DNA of 64,000 nt, from NCBI GenBank assembly GCA_964642835.1, contig CAZXQA010000002.1:11875-75874 (forward strand), given 5' to 3'. Positions within the stretch are counted from its first letter, which is position 1, and every line of letters begins with the position of its first letter. A program made the position numbers and the translations under genes. Of the stretch, positions 55,808 to 64,000 are shown piece after piece. This DNA is from an uncultured Candidatus Saccharibacteria bacterium (GTDB lineage: Bacteria > Patescibacteriota > Minisyncoccia > Phycocordibacterales > Zambryskibacteraceae). Below the pieces are notes generated by a model. That model did not search any database. It was not told the origin of the DNA and saw only the letters and a program-made list of their open reading frames with translations.

Positions 55808-56933
55808 ATCGACGAACAATTTTAATAAACCGGTGTTTGCCAACACGATAGGTGCCTGGCTCTATTTCCTTAATCGCGCCGTCTTTCTCAAGTCTCGTGT
55901 ATTCGGTCTTTGAAGCGACGATCCCCTCTTCCAAGAGAATCTCAACGAGTAGCTTCTCTGGCGAGGCTTCGACGGTCTTAATATCTTCTGGGATACCGCC
56001 TTTGGAGAAGGTGGCTTCGAAACTCTCTTGAGCAGCCTGCGCGGCCGCTTCGCCGTGATAGATCTTTACAATCTCAAAGGCGAGACGCATCTTTGCCGTT
56101 TTCGGATGCTCGGCCATGATGGCACTGATCTCATCCAATGGAACACGGGTGCAAATTTCAAAATAATTCTTCACTTCGGCATCGACCATGCTCATAATCT
56201 TGCCGTACATATCCGCCGGAGCGTCGCTGAAGTTAATAGTGTTACCCCAACTCGAACTCATTTTGCGCCCATCGAGCCCCATGACGGGGAACGTCGTCAT
56301 GACAATCGCCTGAGGCGTTTGCTTGAAGTGCTCTTGAAGAGCGCGGCCAGCCAGCAGATTGAAGCGTTGATCAACTCCACCAAGCTCAATGTCGGCTTCA
56401 ATGGCAACGGAATCGTACCCCTGCATGAGCGGATAGAGCACTTCGCGCAACGACACGCGCTTCCCTTCTTCGAGACGGCGCCTGATATTGTCGCGCGCGA
56501 TGAAGTCGGCTACGGAGAACTGATCGGCATGCTCGCCTATCTCACGATATGTCAAAGGCTCAAGCCATTCGGAGTTATAGCGGAGCTCTGCTTTGTCGAG
56601 ATCGATAATCTTCCCGATCTGCGCGAAGTAATTCTTTTTATTTTCTTCGATCGCCTCTCGAGTAAGCATGGGGCGCTCACTGTCTTTATCAGAGGTATCT
56701 CCGATCACGCCGGTAAAATCTCCCACAATAAGAACGGCTTGGTGCCCCGCTTCCTGGAAATCGCGCATTTTAAGAAGGGGTACCGAGCGACCGAGATGAA
56801 GATTTGGGCTCGTTGGATCAATCCCGAGCTTAACGCGAAGCTTTTCGCCGTTCGCGATTCTTTCTTGAATCTTTTTTTCATCAATAACTTCGGCTACGCC
56901 GCGAGAAAGGAGAGTTTTAACGTCTGTATTCAT
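55806..56933 (-). CDS. tyrS: Tyrosine--tRNA ligase
   Basis: G.DPTSPNLHLG, YPLMQGYD, GG.DQ.FN, KMSSS. Confidence 0.96.
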   Translation of the reverse strand: MNTDVKTLLSRGVAEVIDEKKIQERIANGEKLRVKLGIDPTSPNLHLGRSVPLLKMRDFQEAGHQAVLIVGDFTGVIGDTSDKDSERPMLTREAIEENKKNYFAQIGKIIDLDKAELRYNSEWLEPLTYREIGEHADQFSVADFIARDNIRRRLEEGKRVSLREVLYPLMQGYDSVAIEADIELGGVDQRFNLLAGRALQEHFKQTPQAIVMTTFPVMGLDGRKMSSSWGNTINFSDAPADMYGKIMSMVDAEVKNYFEICTRVPLDEISAIMAEHPKTAKMRLAFEIVKIYHGEAAAQAAQESFEATFSKGGIPEDIKTVEASPEKLLVEILLEEGIVASKTEYTRLEKDGAIKEIEPGTYRVGKHRFIKIVRR

Positions 56934-56961
56934 AGGAACAATCTAACAGAAATATGATAAA

Positions 56962-59121
56962 ATGAGAATCTCAATGAAGAATCTAAAAAAGGCCCTCCTT
57001 GAGCCGAATCATCTCATGGCAGCCGCGGGTGCTGTCTTTGTTATTGGTGGTCTTTGCCTCCTCTGGGTCGCTTCGCTTCGCATCCCCGCTCTCGAGTCGA
57101 TCGAGGAGCGCCGTGTCGACAGTTCAACGAAGATTTATGACCGCACCGGGGAAATTCTCCTCTACGACTTCTCCCAAGACGTTCGCCGCGAGGTTGTGCC
57201 AATCGACCAGATCAGCGACTATGCCAAGAACGCCGCGATCGCGATCGAGGACAAAACCTTCTACGAGCACAACGGCTTCGTCTTCTCCTCCTTCGTCCGC
57301 GCCATGTGGGCAAACCTCTCTACCCTCTCTTTCAGCCAAGGTGGCTCCACGATCACTCAGCAGGTAGTAAAGAACTCTATTCTCACGACCGACAAGAGCC
57401 CGACTCGTAAGCTCAAGGAACTCATTCTCGCTCTCAAGCTTGAGCGCGTTCTCACCAAGAAAGAGATTCTCTCCCTCTATCTCAACGAAATCCCGTACGG
57501 CGGGAATGTCTACGGCATTGAGGAAGCGGCGAGCCGATTCTTCGGCAAAGATGCGAAGGATCTCGACTTGGCCGAGTCCGCGTACCTCGCCGCCATTCCA
57601 CAAGCTCCCACCCACTTCTCCCCTTACGGCTCATACGTTAACGAATTAGAGGCGCGCAAAAACTTGGTACTCAAGGAAATGAAGAACAACGACTTCATTA
57701 CCGACGAAGAATACAAAACCGCGATCAAAGAGAAGGTGACCTTCAAACCACGTGAGAATTCCGGCAGTATCAAGGCCCCTCACTTCGTCTTCTTTGTTAT
57801 CGAACAGTTAGCTCAGAAATACGGCGAAGACGCGGTTCAGAGTGGTGGATGGAAGATTATCACCACTCTCGACTACTCCATCCAAGAACAAGCTGAGGCA
57901 CTCGCCAAGAAATACGGTGAGATAAACCAGAAAACCTTCAACGCCAACAACAACGCCATTGTCGCCATTGATCCGAAAACGGGTGAGATTCTCGCCATGA
58001 CCGGTTCCCGAGACTACTTCGACCAGAAGATTGGCGGTAACTTCAACGCCTCCACCGGTCACCGCCAGCCGGGATCGACCTTTAAACCGTTTGTGTACTC
58101 GGTGCTTTTCAACAAGGGGTACACGGATTCAACGATTCTCTACGACGTGCCAATTCAGTTCAATCCGAACTGCGCGGCGGACGACTTTGTAACGCATGAC
58201 AACTGCTACGCGCCAGGAAACTATGACGACGCCTTCCGTGGTCCCATGACGGTGAGAAACGCACTCGCGCAGTCTATCAACCTCCCAGCCGTCGAAGCCC
58301 TTTATCTCGCCGGCGTGCCGAATTCCATTAGACTCGCTCAAGATCTCGGCATTCAAGGTTTGACGGAGAAGAACACCTACGGCCTCTCTCTCGTACTCGG
58401 AGGTGGCGCCGTCTCCCTTCTCGACATGACTTCAGCTTATGGTGTCTTTGCCAATGATGGTATCCGTAATCCTTATACCCCCGTGCTCGAGATCCGCGAC
58501 AACTACGGCAATGTGATTGATCGTGAGAATCTCTACCCTCAGCGCGTGCTCCCCGAACAAACCGCTCGCCTTATGAACAATATTCTCTCGGACAACGTCG
58601 CGCGCACGCCGGGATACGGCCCGAACTCCCCTCTCTACATCCCTGACCGTGATGTTGCTGTGAAGACCGGTACTTCGAACGACTACCGCGACGCTTGGAT
58701 CATCGGCTACTCTCCAAACATCGTTATCGGCGCGTGGACGGGTAACAACGACAACTCTCCCATGGAAAAGAAAGTGGCAGGTCTTATCGTCTCCCCGCTC
58801 TGGAGAGACCTTATGAATGCTGTTCTTCCTCATATCCCGGCCGATTCTTTCATCCCTCCGACTCCAGAAGATCCAGCTGAGTTGAAGCCGGTGCTCCGCG
58901 GCGAGATTTCAACCGAACCACACTCGATCCTTTACTATGTCGACAAAGACAACCCGCGCGGACCTCAACCAACCAACCCATCACAAGATTCTCAGTTTAA
59001 AAATTGGGAGTATAGTGTTCAGCGCTGGGTTTTCGGAAATGGATTCACCTCTTCGAGCCCTCTCCCTGGCACCCAGGAGCCCGCTACAGCAGGTTTCGTA
59101 CCGTTGCCGACCAACTTCTAG
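56962..59121 (+). CDS. Class A penicillin-binding protein
   Basis: AIED..FY.H.G, GGSTITQQ, RKLKE, STFK, SIN, KTGT. Confidence 0.95.
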   Translation: MRISMKNLKKALLEPNHLMAAAGAVFVIGGLCLLWVASLRIPALESIEERRVDSSTKIYDRTGEILLYDFSQDVRREVVPIDQISDYAKNAAIAIEDKTFYEHNGFVFSSFVRAMWANLSTLSFSQGGSTITQQVVKNSILTTDKSPTRKLKELILALKLERVLTKKEILSLYLNEIPYGGNVYGIEEAASRFFGKDAKDLDLAESAYLAAIPQAPTHFSPYGSYVNELEARKNLVLKEMKNNDFITDEEYKTAIKEKVTFKPRENSGSIKAPHFVFFVIEQLAQKYGEDAVQSGGWKIITTLDYSIQEQAEALAKKYGEINQKTFNANNNAIVAIDPKTGEILAMTGSRDYFDQKIGGNFNASTGHRQPGSTFKPFVYSVLFNKGYTDSTILYDVPIQFNPNCAADDFVTHDNCYAPGNYDDAFRGPMTVRNALAQSINLPAVEALYLAGVPNSIRLAQDLGIQGLTEKNTYGLSLVLGGGAVSLLDMTSAYGVFANDGIRNPYTPVLEIRDNYGNVIDRENLYPQRVLPEQTARLMNNILSDNVARTPGYGPNSPLYIPDRDVAVKTGTSNDYRDAWIIGYSPNIVIGAWTGNNDNSPMEKKVAGLIVSPLWRDLMNAVLPHIPADSFIPPTPEDPAELKPVLRGEISTEPHSILYYVDKDNPRGPQPTNPSQDSQFKNWEYSVQRWVFGNGFTSSSPLPGTQEPATAGFVPLPTNF

Positions 59122-59122
59122 T

Positions 59123-59386
59123 CTAGGCGTATAAAATCTTCCTGACGGGCAATTTATAGAGTCCTCGTAACTCGTCCATAATCCCTTCTTCTTTGAGACG
59201 GATCTCATTTTTCGCTACGGCGCTTGAGATCTCAATTTTCAATACTCCGTCCTTAAAGGAAACTTGATCTTGCGTGAGAGTAACGCGGGCTCTTGTGCGA
59301 ATCACATCAACGACAGCGCTCTTGGCGATGCCGTCACGATTAAGCGCTTTAGCAAACCGTTCGAGGAGGCTTTGAATATTGCGCAT
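59123..59386 (-). CDS. Hypothetical protein, possibly DciA/DUF721-like
   Basis: Coupled to dnaN; L.I...S.V...EI.L....I...L pattern. Confidence 0.55.
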   Translation of the reverse strand: MRNIQSLLERFAKALNRDGIAKSAVVDVIRTRARVTLTQDQVSFKDGVLKIEISSAVAKNEIRLKEEGIMDELRGLYKLPVRKILYA

Positions 59387-60489
59387 TAGGCCTGATTCAT
59401 CGGCATAACGAGATAGAGGAAGCTCGTATCCCCTACTCCTTGGATAATAATCGGCTTGGCTTGTCCGCTGAAGGAGAGCATCAAGCTATCAGTCGTGACC
59501 GACTGGAAACAATCCGTGAAGTAGCGATGATTCACATTAATCACAATCTCTTCTCCTTCAAGAGCGGCATCAACTTTATGAACGCTTTCACCCACCGTGG
59601 AATTCTTCGATTCGATTTCAAACGTTTTCTCCGTTGGCGAGAGTTTGAGCGTAAGTTGGTTAAAGGAGTCCGAGAAAATAAGCGAAGTCTTCAAGGAGTT
59701 GATGAGGTCCTGCTTGAGGAGGGTGGCGGAGGAAGTCTTCTCCTTAGGAATAATCTGGCGATAATCTGGGAACACACCCTCGATAATACGCGAGGTGAGA
59801 TAAATACCGTGCGAGCGTAGAGCAATCTGATGCTCGGTAATAGAGATCGAGACCTCTTCCTCGCCTCGATCGAAGATCTTCACCATCTCCAAGGCATTCT
59901 TCTGAGGAATGAGGATTTGCTTAAAGTGAGGCATCTTCTTAATGCGGATCTTCTTCTCCGCCAAACGGAAAGAGTCTGTCGCCGCAAAGACAAGTGAGTC
60001 CCCTTCGTGAGTGACGCTCACCGAAGAGAGCTCAGGCTTAATGCTTCCTACGGCTGCCGCATAGATGACCGAGCGGATTCCGAAGACGAAATCGCGCACT
60101 GGCATGGTAAAGGCGTTATCCTCGCTCACTTCCGGAATAATCGGGAAATCCTCAAGTGAGAGGGTTTTGATATTGGTCTTTGTCGAAGCAGTCTTCACCT
60201 CGACAACCTGTCCTTTTACAGTGAAGGTGATATTCCTATCCTTGGTGAGCGAGGAGACGAAGGATGACGTAATATGGGCCGGGATAACGAGTTCGCCTGG
60301 TTCAACGACTTTGACCGGGATCGTGATGGAAAGCCCGATGTCGAGGTTTGTAGCCTTAATGGTGAGGCTTGAGCCGGCTGCTTCGAGTTTGAATCCCGAG
60401 AGAACGGGTAGGCTCGTATTCTTCCCCGCGATCTTGTCGGCTTTGTTCAATGCCTCCTCGAGTTGTTCCTTAACGCATTCTATCTTCAT
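59386..60489 (-). CDS. dnaN: DNA polymerase III beta clamp
   Basis: LPVLSG, ATNL, ATDSFRLAE, G.FPDY.QIIP, LVMPM. Confidence 0.97.
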   Translation of the reverse strand: MKIECVKEQLEEALNKADKIAGKNTSLPVLSGFKLEAAGSSLTIKATNLDIGLSITIPVKVVEPGELVIPAHITSSFVSSLTKDRNITFTVKGQVVEVKTASTKTNIKTLSLEDFPIIPEVSEDNAFTMPVRDFVFGIRSVIYAAAVGSIKPELSSVSVTHEGDSLVFAATDSFRLAEKKIRIKKMPHFKQILIPQKNALEMVKIFDRGEEEVSISITEHQIALRSHGIYLTSRIIEGVFPDYRQIIPKEKTSSATLLKQDLINSLKTSLIFSDSFNQLTLKLSPTEKTFEIESKNSTVGESVHKVDAALEGEEIVINVNHRYFTDCFQSVTTDSLMLSFSGQAKPIIIQGVGDTSFLYLVMPMNQA

Positions 60490-60712
60490 GGTGTGTATAT
60501 TATTTATATATAAATACTTAGTAGTAGCAGTAGAGGGTGTGGATATGTGGGTAAGTCGGCAAGTGGCTTGGTTGAGCGGAATCTAGGAAATTGTCTCCTG
60601 GGAAGCTGGGGAGAGCGAAGGATGAAATGTGTACGCTACTCCCCCTTGCCGACCCCTCTCCTGTTTCTGCCCTTCTTATTAACATTCTTTCCCGAATTTT
60701 TCCACACGTTGT
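60490..60712. other. Replication origin oriC
   Basis: dnaA-dnaN gap with AT-rich tract (60495-60518), TAG trios (60519-60533), near-consensus DnaA boxes TGTGGATAT/TGTGGGTAA (60538-60554) and TTTTCCACA (60698-60706). Confidence 0.85.
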
Positions 60713-62059
60713 TCATACATTTAATAAACCCCTGATCTGCTCAACTTCCTCAGCGAGAGACTGGTCCTCTCGAAGGTCGTTCTTCATCTTCTCGCAGGAG
60801 TGGATAACTGTTGTGTGGTCACGGCCACCCAACTTCTGTCCGATAGAGGGATACGAGATCCCGAAGTCCTCACGGAGGAGATACATAATGATCTGTCTCG
60901 GCTTAATGACTTCCTTATGGCGAGTCTTCTCGTAGATGCTCTCCTCCTTCACGTTGTAGAAGTCGGCGATAATCTTGACCACATCCTTCACCGCGATCGA
61001 CTTCTTCGGCTTCACGTTGTTCTTGATGTAGTTACGAGTATCAAGCAGAGTCGGATCCTTGCCTTTGAGCTGGATTTGCATGAGGAGCGTGTTGATAACG
61101 CCTTCCAGCTCACGAATATTGCCGTTAATTGTTTGAGCAAGGTAATCGATGATTTCGGGGGTAAGGCCGATACCCAACTGCTTGGCTTTGGCGGAAATGA
61201 TGGCAATCCGACTCTCTTTGTCCGGGGCGGGAATGTCGACGGTCATACCCGCCGCCATGCGACTCTTCAAGCGATCTTCGAGGCCGGTAATGAAGTGAGG
61301 ATGTTTGTCGGACGAGAAGATGATCTGGCGGTTGTTGTCGTAGAGAGAGTTAAAGGTGTGGAACAACTCTTCTTGGACGCGCTGCTTCTCGGAGAAGAAT
61401 TGGATGTCGTCGACAATGAGGACGTCGTATTTGCGGTACTTCTCCTTAAAGACATGCATCTTCTGGTGTTGGAGAGCGTTCATGAACTCAACTGAGAACT
61501 GTTCGGAAGTGAGATAGTAGACCTTTTTCCCTGGTGACATGGTCTTAATATGGTTCCCCACCGCCTGGATGAGGTGAGTTTTACCATGGCCGGTCGAGCC
61601 ATAGATAAAGAGTGGGTTGTACATAATCCCTGGCTTCTTGATGACAGCTTGAGCGGCGGCATGGGCTAATTCGTTGAAGGGGCCAATCACAAAGTTCTCA
61701 AAGGTGTAGCGCGGGTTGAGGTTATCCTCCTTGTTAACGCTTACTTCCGTGAGCGGAAGTTCGCGCGACATCCCTATCTCCCTTGGCTTACTATCATCTC
61801 GACGGCGAGCTTCTTCCTTATTCACCACATATTCGACACTGTGGATGGAATGTTCGATATTGCGCAGGCTGCGAAGGATAGCGCTGTGGTATTTGGTGAG
61901 GAGCCACTCTTTTACGAAGGCATTCGGTACGGAAAGAACCACTACCCCACCATCTTCCTTAACAATGCGAGTGTCTTTAAACCAGGTGGTGAAGTTTGCC
62001 TTAGAAACTCCGAGTTCCATCTCTACTAATACATGTTGCCAAAGCTGTTTGTAATCCAT
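60713..62059 (-). CDS. dnaA: Chromosomal replication initiator DnaA
   Basis: YTFENFV.G..N, YNPLFIYG..G.GKTHL, DDIQF, N.RELEG, GGRDHTTV; start at ATG 62059. Confidence 0.98.
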   Translation of the reverse strand: MDYKQLWQHVLVEMELGVSKANFTTWFKDTRIVKEDGGVVVLSVPNAFVKEWLLTKYHSAILRSLRNIEHSIHSVEYVVNKEEARRRDDSKPREIGMSRELPLTEVSVNKEDNLNPRYTFENFVIGPFNELAHAAAQAVIKKPGIMYNPLFIYGSTGHGKTHLIQAVGNHIKTMSPGKKVYYLTSEQFSVEFMNALQHQKMHVFKEKYRKYDVLIVDDIQFFSEKQRVQEELFHTFNSLYDNNRQIIFSSDKHPHFITGLEDRLKSRMAAGMTVDIPAPDKESRIAIISAKAKQLGIGLTPEIIDYLAQTINGNIRELEGVINTLLMQIQLKGKDPTLLDTRNYIKNNVKPKKSIAVKDVVKIIADFYNVKEESIYEKTRHKEVIKPRQIIMYLLREDFGISYPSIGQKLGGRDHTTVIHSCEKMKNDLREDQSLAEEVEQIRGLLNV

Positions 62060-62160
62060 AGTCAAAATATGTTGCTACATAGTATCGCCTTTTACGGAAA
62101 GTAAGAAAACTTGAAAGAAGCCTCGCAATGTGTTTATAATGTGTTCATTCGTTAAACGCC

Positions 62161-62295
62161 ATGTCCACGACATACCAGCCCAAGAAACGCAAACGCGCGA
62201 AGACTCACGGTTTTCTCGCCCGCTCCAAGAGCTCGACCGGCAAGCGCACTCTCCAGGCTCGCCGCCGCAAAGGTCGCTCGCGCCTCGGCCTCTAA
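62161..62295 (+). CDS. rpmH: 50S ribosomal protein L34 (not in the ORF track)
   Basis: Manual translation [44 protein letters not shown]. Confidence 0.96.
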   Translation: MSTTYQPKKRKRAKTHGFLARSKSSTGKRTLQARRRKGRSRLGL

Positions 62296-62540
62296 TGCTT
62301 CACTTCTCCCTCCGAGTCTCTCCGGCGGAGGAGGCAGGCTTCATTATCTCGGTTTCCAAAAAGACGGCTAAACAAGCCGTGACCAGGAATCGTATCAAGC
62401 GCCGCCTCCGCGCCGCCCTCGCTCCTTATCGAGCCACCCTTAAGCCTGCCTCCTATCTCATCATCGCTCACCGTGGCGCCGAGAGTATTCGGAGCGAGGC
62501 GTTGAGACAAGAATTAGCAATACTCCTCGAAAGACGTTAA
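62295..62540 (+). CDS. rnpA: Ribonuclease P protein component (N-terminally short)
   Basis: ISVSKK....AV.RNRIKRRLR motif; TAATG coupling to rpmH. Confidence 0.9.
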   Translation: MLHFSLRVSPAEEAGFIISVSKKTAKQAVTRNRIKRRLRAALAPYRATLKPASYLIIAHRGAESIRSEALRQELAILLERR

Positions 62541-62550
62541 AATAGGCCCC

Positions 62551-63267
62551 ATGTCTTTCCTCTACCACGCGTTCTTCTTCAACCCCCTCTACAACTTTCT
62601 TATCCTTCTCTTTAACCTCTTTCCATGGGCTGATGCGGGACTTATGGTGATTGTGCTCACTATTCTCGTACGCCTCCTCCTCTTCCCTCTTTCCCGGAAG
62701 GCTGTTCTTACTCAGCTTAAGATGAATAGTATCGCGCCGGAGATCGCGGAGATTAAGGCAAAGCACGCGAATAATTCCGAAGCTCAAGCCCGCGAAACCT
62801 TTGCTCTCTATAAAGAGAAGGGAGTCAATCCATTCTCTGGTATTGTCGTTATTCTTATTCAGATTCCGTTGATCTTCGCGCTGTATCGGATCTTTCTCCA
62901 TATTTCCGAGATCGACACGAGCGTCCTCTACTCTTTCATGAGTGCTCCTGCCCACATTGATACGATCTTCCTTGGGTTCCTCGACGTAAGTGGCAAGAGC
63001 ATCATCCTCGCTCTCCTCGCCGCGGTTTCCACCTTCCTCCAGCTTTATTTCTCGACCCAAAATCAGGCACCAAGCACCGCCGCCAAAGGCTCTTTTGGAG
63101 AAGGATTGGCCAAGAGCATGCAGACTCAGATGAAATACTTCTTCCCGGTCATGGTCTTCTTTATCTCCTACAATATCTCAGCTGTTATTGCTCTCTACTG
63201 GCTCACCACCAACCTCTTCAGTATCGGTCAGGAATACTTTATTAAGCGAAACGCCGTCTTAGCGTAG
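62551..63267 (+). CDS. yidC: Membrane protein insertase YidC/Oxa1
   Basis: LTILVRL.LFPL, P.I.EIK.K, LYKE.GVNP, LIQIP, LYWLT.N.F.I.Q. Confidence 0.95.
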   Translation: MSFLYHAFFFNPLYNFLILLFNLFPWADAGLMVIVLTILVRLLLFPLSRKAVLTQLKMNSIAPEIAEIKAKHANNSEAQARETFALYKEKGVNPFSGIVVILIQIPLIFALYRIFLHISEIDTSVLYSFMSAPAHIDTIFLGFLDVSGKSIILALLAAVSTFLQLYFSTQNQAPSTAAKGSFGEGLAKSMQTQMKYFFPVMVFFISYNISAVIALYWLTTNLFSIGQEYFIKRNAVLA

Positions 63268-64000
63268 AAGATACGCGGCCCAGAGTGAGAGATCGGTCTT
63301 GTTTATAAATACGATATAGGATTCATCCACGGAGAGAGCGGGGCGGAAGACGTCGAGTTCAACGCCGAAGTCACCCTTCGGCTCAACGATAAGGTTCGAG
63401 ATTTGAGTATTGGCATCGAATTGCCAGATATAGTCGGAGAAATGGGTCTTCCCTGCGTACCAATCGTCAGGCTGGTTGCCAGAAAGGCCGTTCGTGGGCG
63501 TCCCACAGAAGAAGGCGGCCGTATTCTTGCTCGACCAGACGCATTTCTCGGCCAGAGTGGCAGGCGAAATCTCCTCGCTTGTTTTCTTGGTGAGGTCGTA
63601 GGTGGCAAGCTGAAGGGGGCCTGCGGCATATGAATAGAGGATGCGAGTCCCGGCGCTGTTCCCCATCACTGAGAGGCCGTTCAATGGGCCGAAAAGCTTC
63701 GTGAGCCCGCCAGCACCCGTGAGCATATAAGCATACCCTGGCACGGCATTCGAAGGCTTAGTGAATACCAGCGTGTTAGTCCCGAACCTCTGAGTGCGCC
63801 AGCTTCGGAAGCTGCTGTTCCAGAGCGTTTTGACCCCATCGCCCTGGAAGGTTGAGGAGATGATAGCCCCCGTTTCCTTAATGACATAGGTAAGGAGGTT
63901 CCCTGTTCCGGCTGCGAGGCCGTCGAGGTTCCCGCGCATCGAGGTAGCTGACACGCTCCACAAGGCTTCCGTGGAGCTCGCGGCGGGAGGTGTCAGCGTA
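63259..64000 (-). CDS. Hypothetical beta-rich exported protein, 5' end probably outside the window
   Basis: Long open frame near the window edge; TLAEKCVW and PDDWY.G segments. Confidence 0.65.
   Translation of the reverse strand, partial: TLTPPAASSTEALWSVSATSMRGNLDGLAAGTGNLLTYVIKETGAIISSTFQGDGVKTLWNSSFRSWRTQRFGTNTLVFTKPSNAVPGYAYMLTGAGGLTKLFGPLNGLSVMGNSAGTRILYSYAAGPLQLATYDLTKKTSEEISPATLAEKCVWSSKNTAAFFCGTPTNGLSGNQPDDWYAGKTHFSDYIWQFDANTQISNLIVEPKGDFGVELDVFRPALSVDESYIVFINKTDLSLWAAYLLR

Noticed and set aside
1-64000. Alternative genetic code (UGA read as Gly)
   Set aside because: Conserved genes translate full-length under the standard code, and some (metG, ruvA, ruvC) end in TGA.

Overview
Core chromosome segment of a Patescibacteria/CPR bacterium, most likely Parcubacteria. 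The basis is compact genes under the standard code, an alpha2-type GlyRS, a type-2 IleRS, rplK with no rplA behind it, and many genes lacking a Shine-Dalgarno site. The window holds oriC (dnaA-oriC-dnaN, rpmH-rnpA-yidC), recombination/repair genes, five aminoacyl-tRNA synthetases, eight tRNAs, an ileS T-box and a probable 6S RNA. The most unusual feature is a ~5.7 kb array (33098-38754) of seven AT-rich, co-oriented single-gene cassettes stacked on the 3' end of tRNA-His. The cassettes are separated by a recurring junction. Its short form is a 42 bp site with terminal inverted repeats (CAGAATAA...TTATTCTG) centred on the tRNA acceptor-end sequence. One arm carries the -10 promoter of the cargo gene. 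The other opens an antisense ~30-codon frame (GQSRKIILEVFSDRVYLEGVKEKLDFI) that varies mostly synonymously. No integrase is in the window. This looks like an integron-analogous, tRNA-anchored cassette system. Also noted: small tRNA-3'-end-duplicating elements shared between the His and Val loci, an orphan DGR-target-like gene, and an unassigned ~250 nt structured RNA candidate. All calls come from reading the sequence and ORF track; no searches were run.
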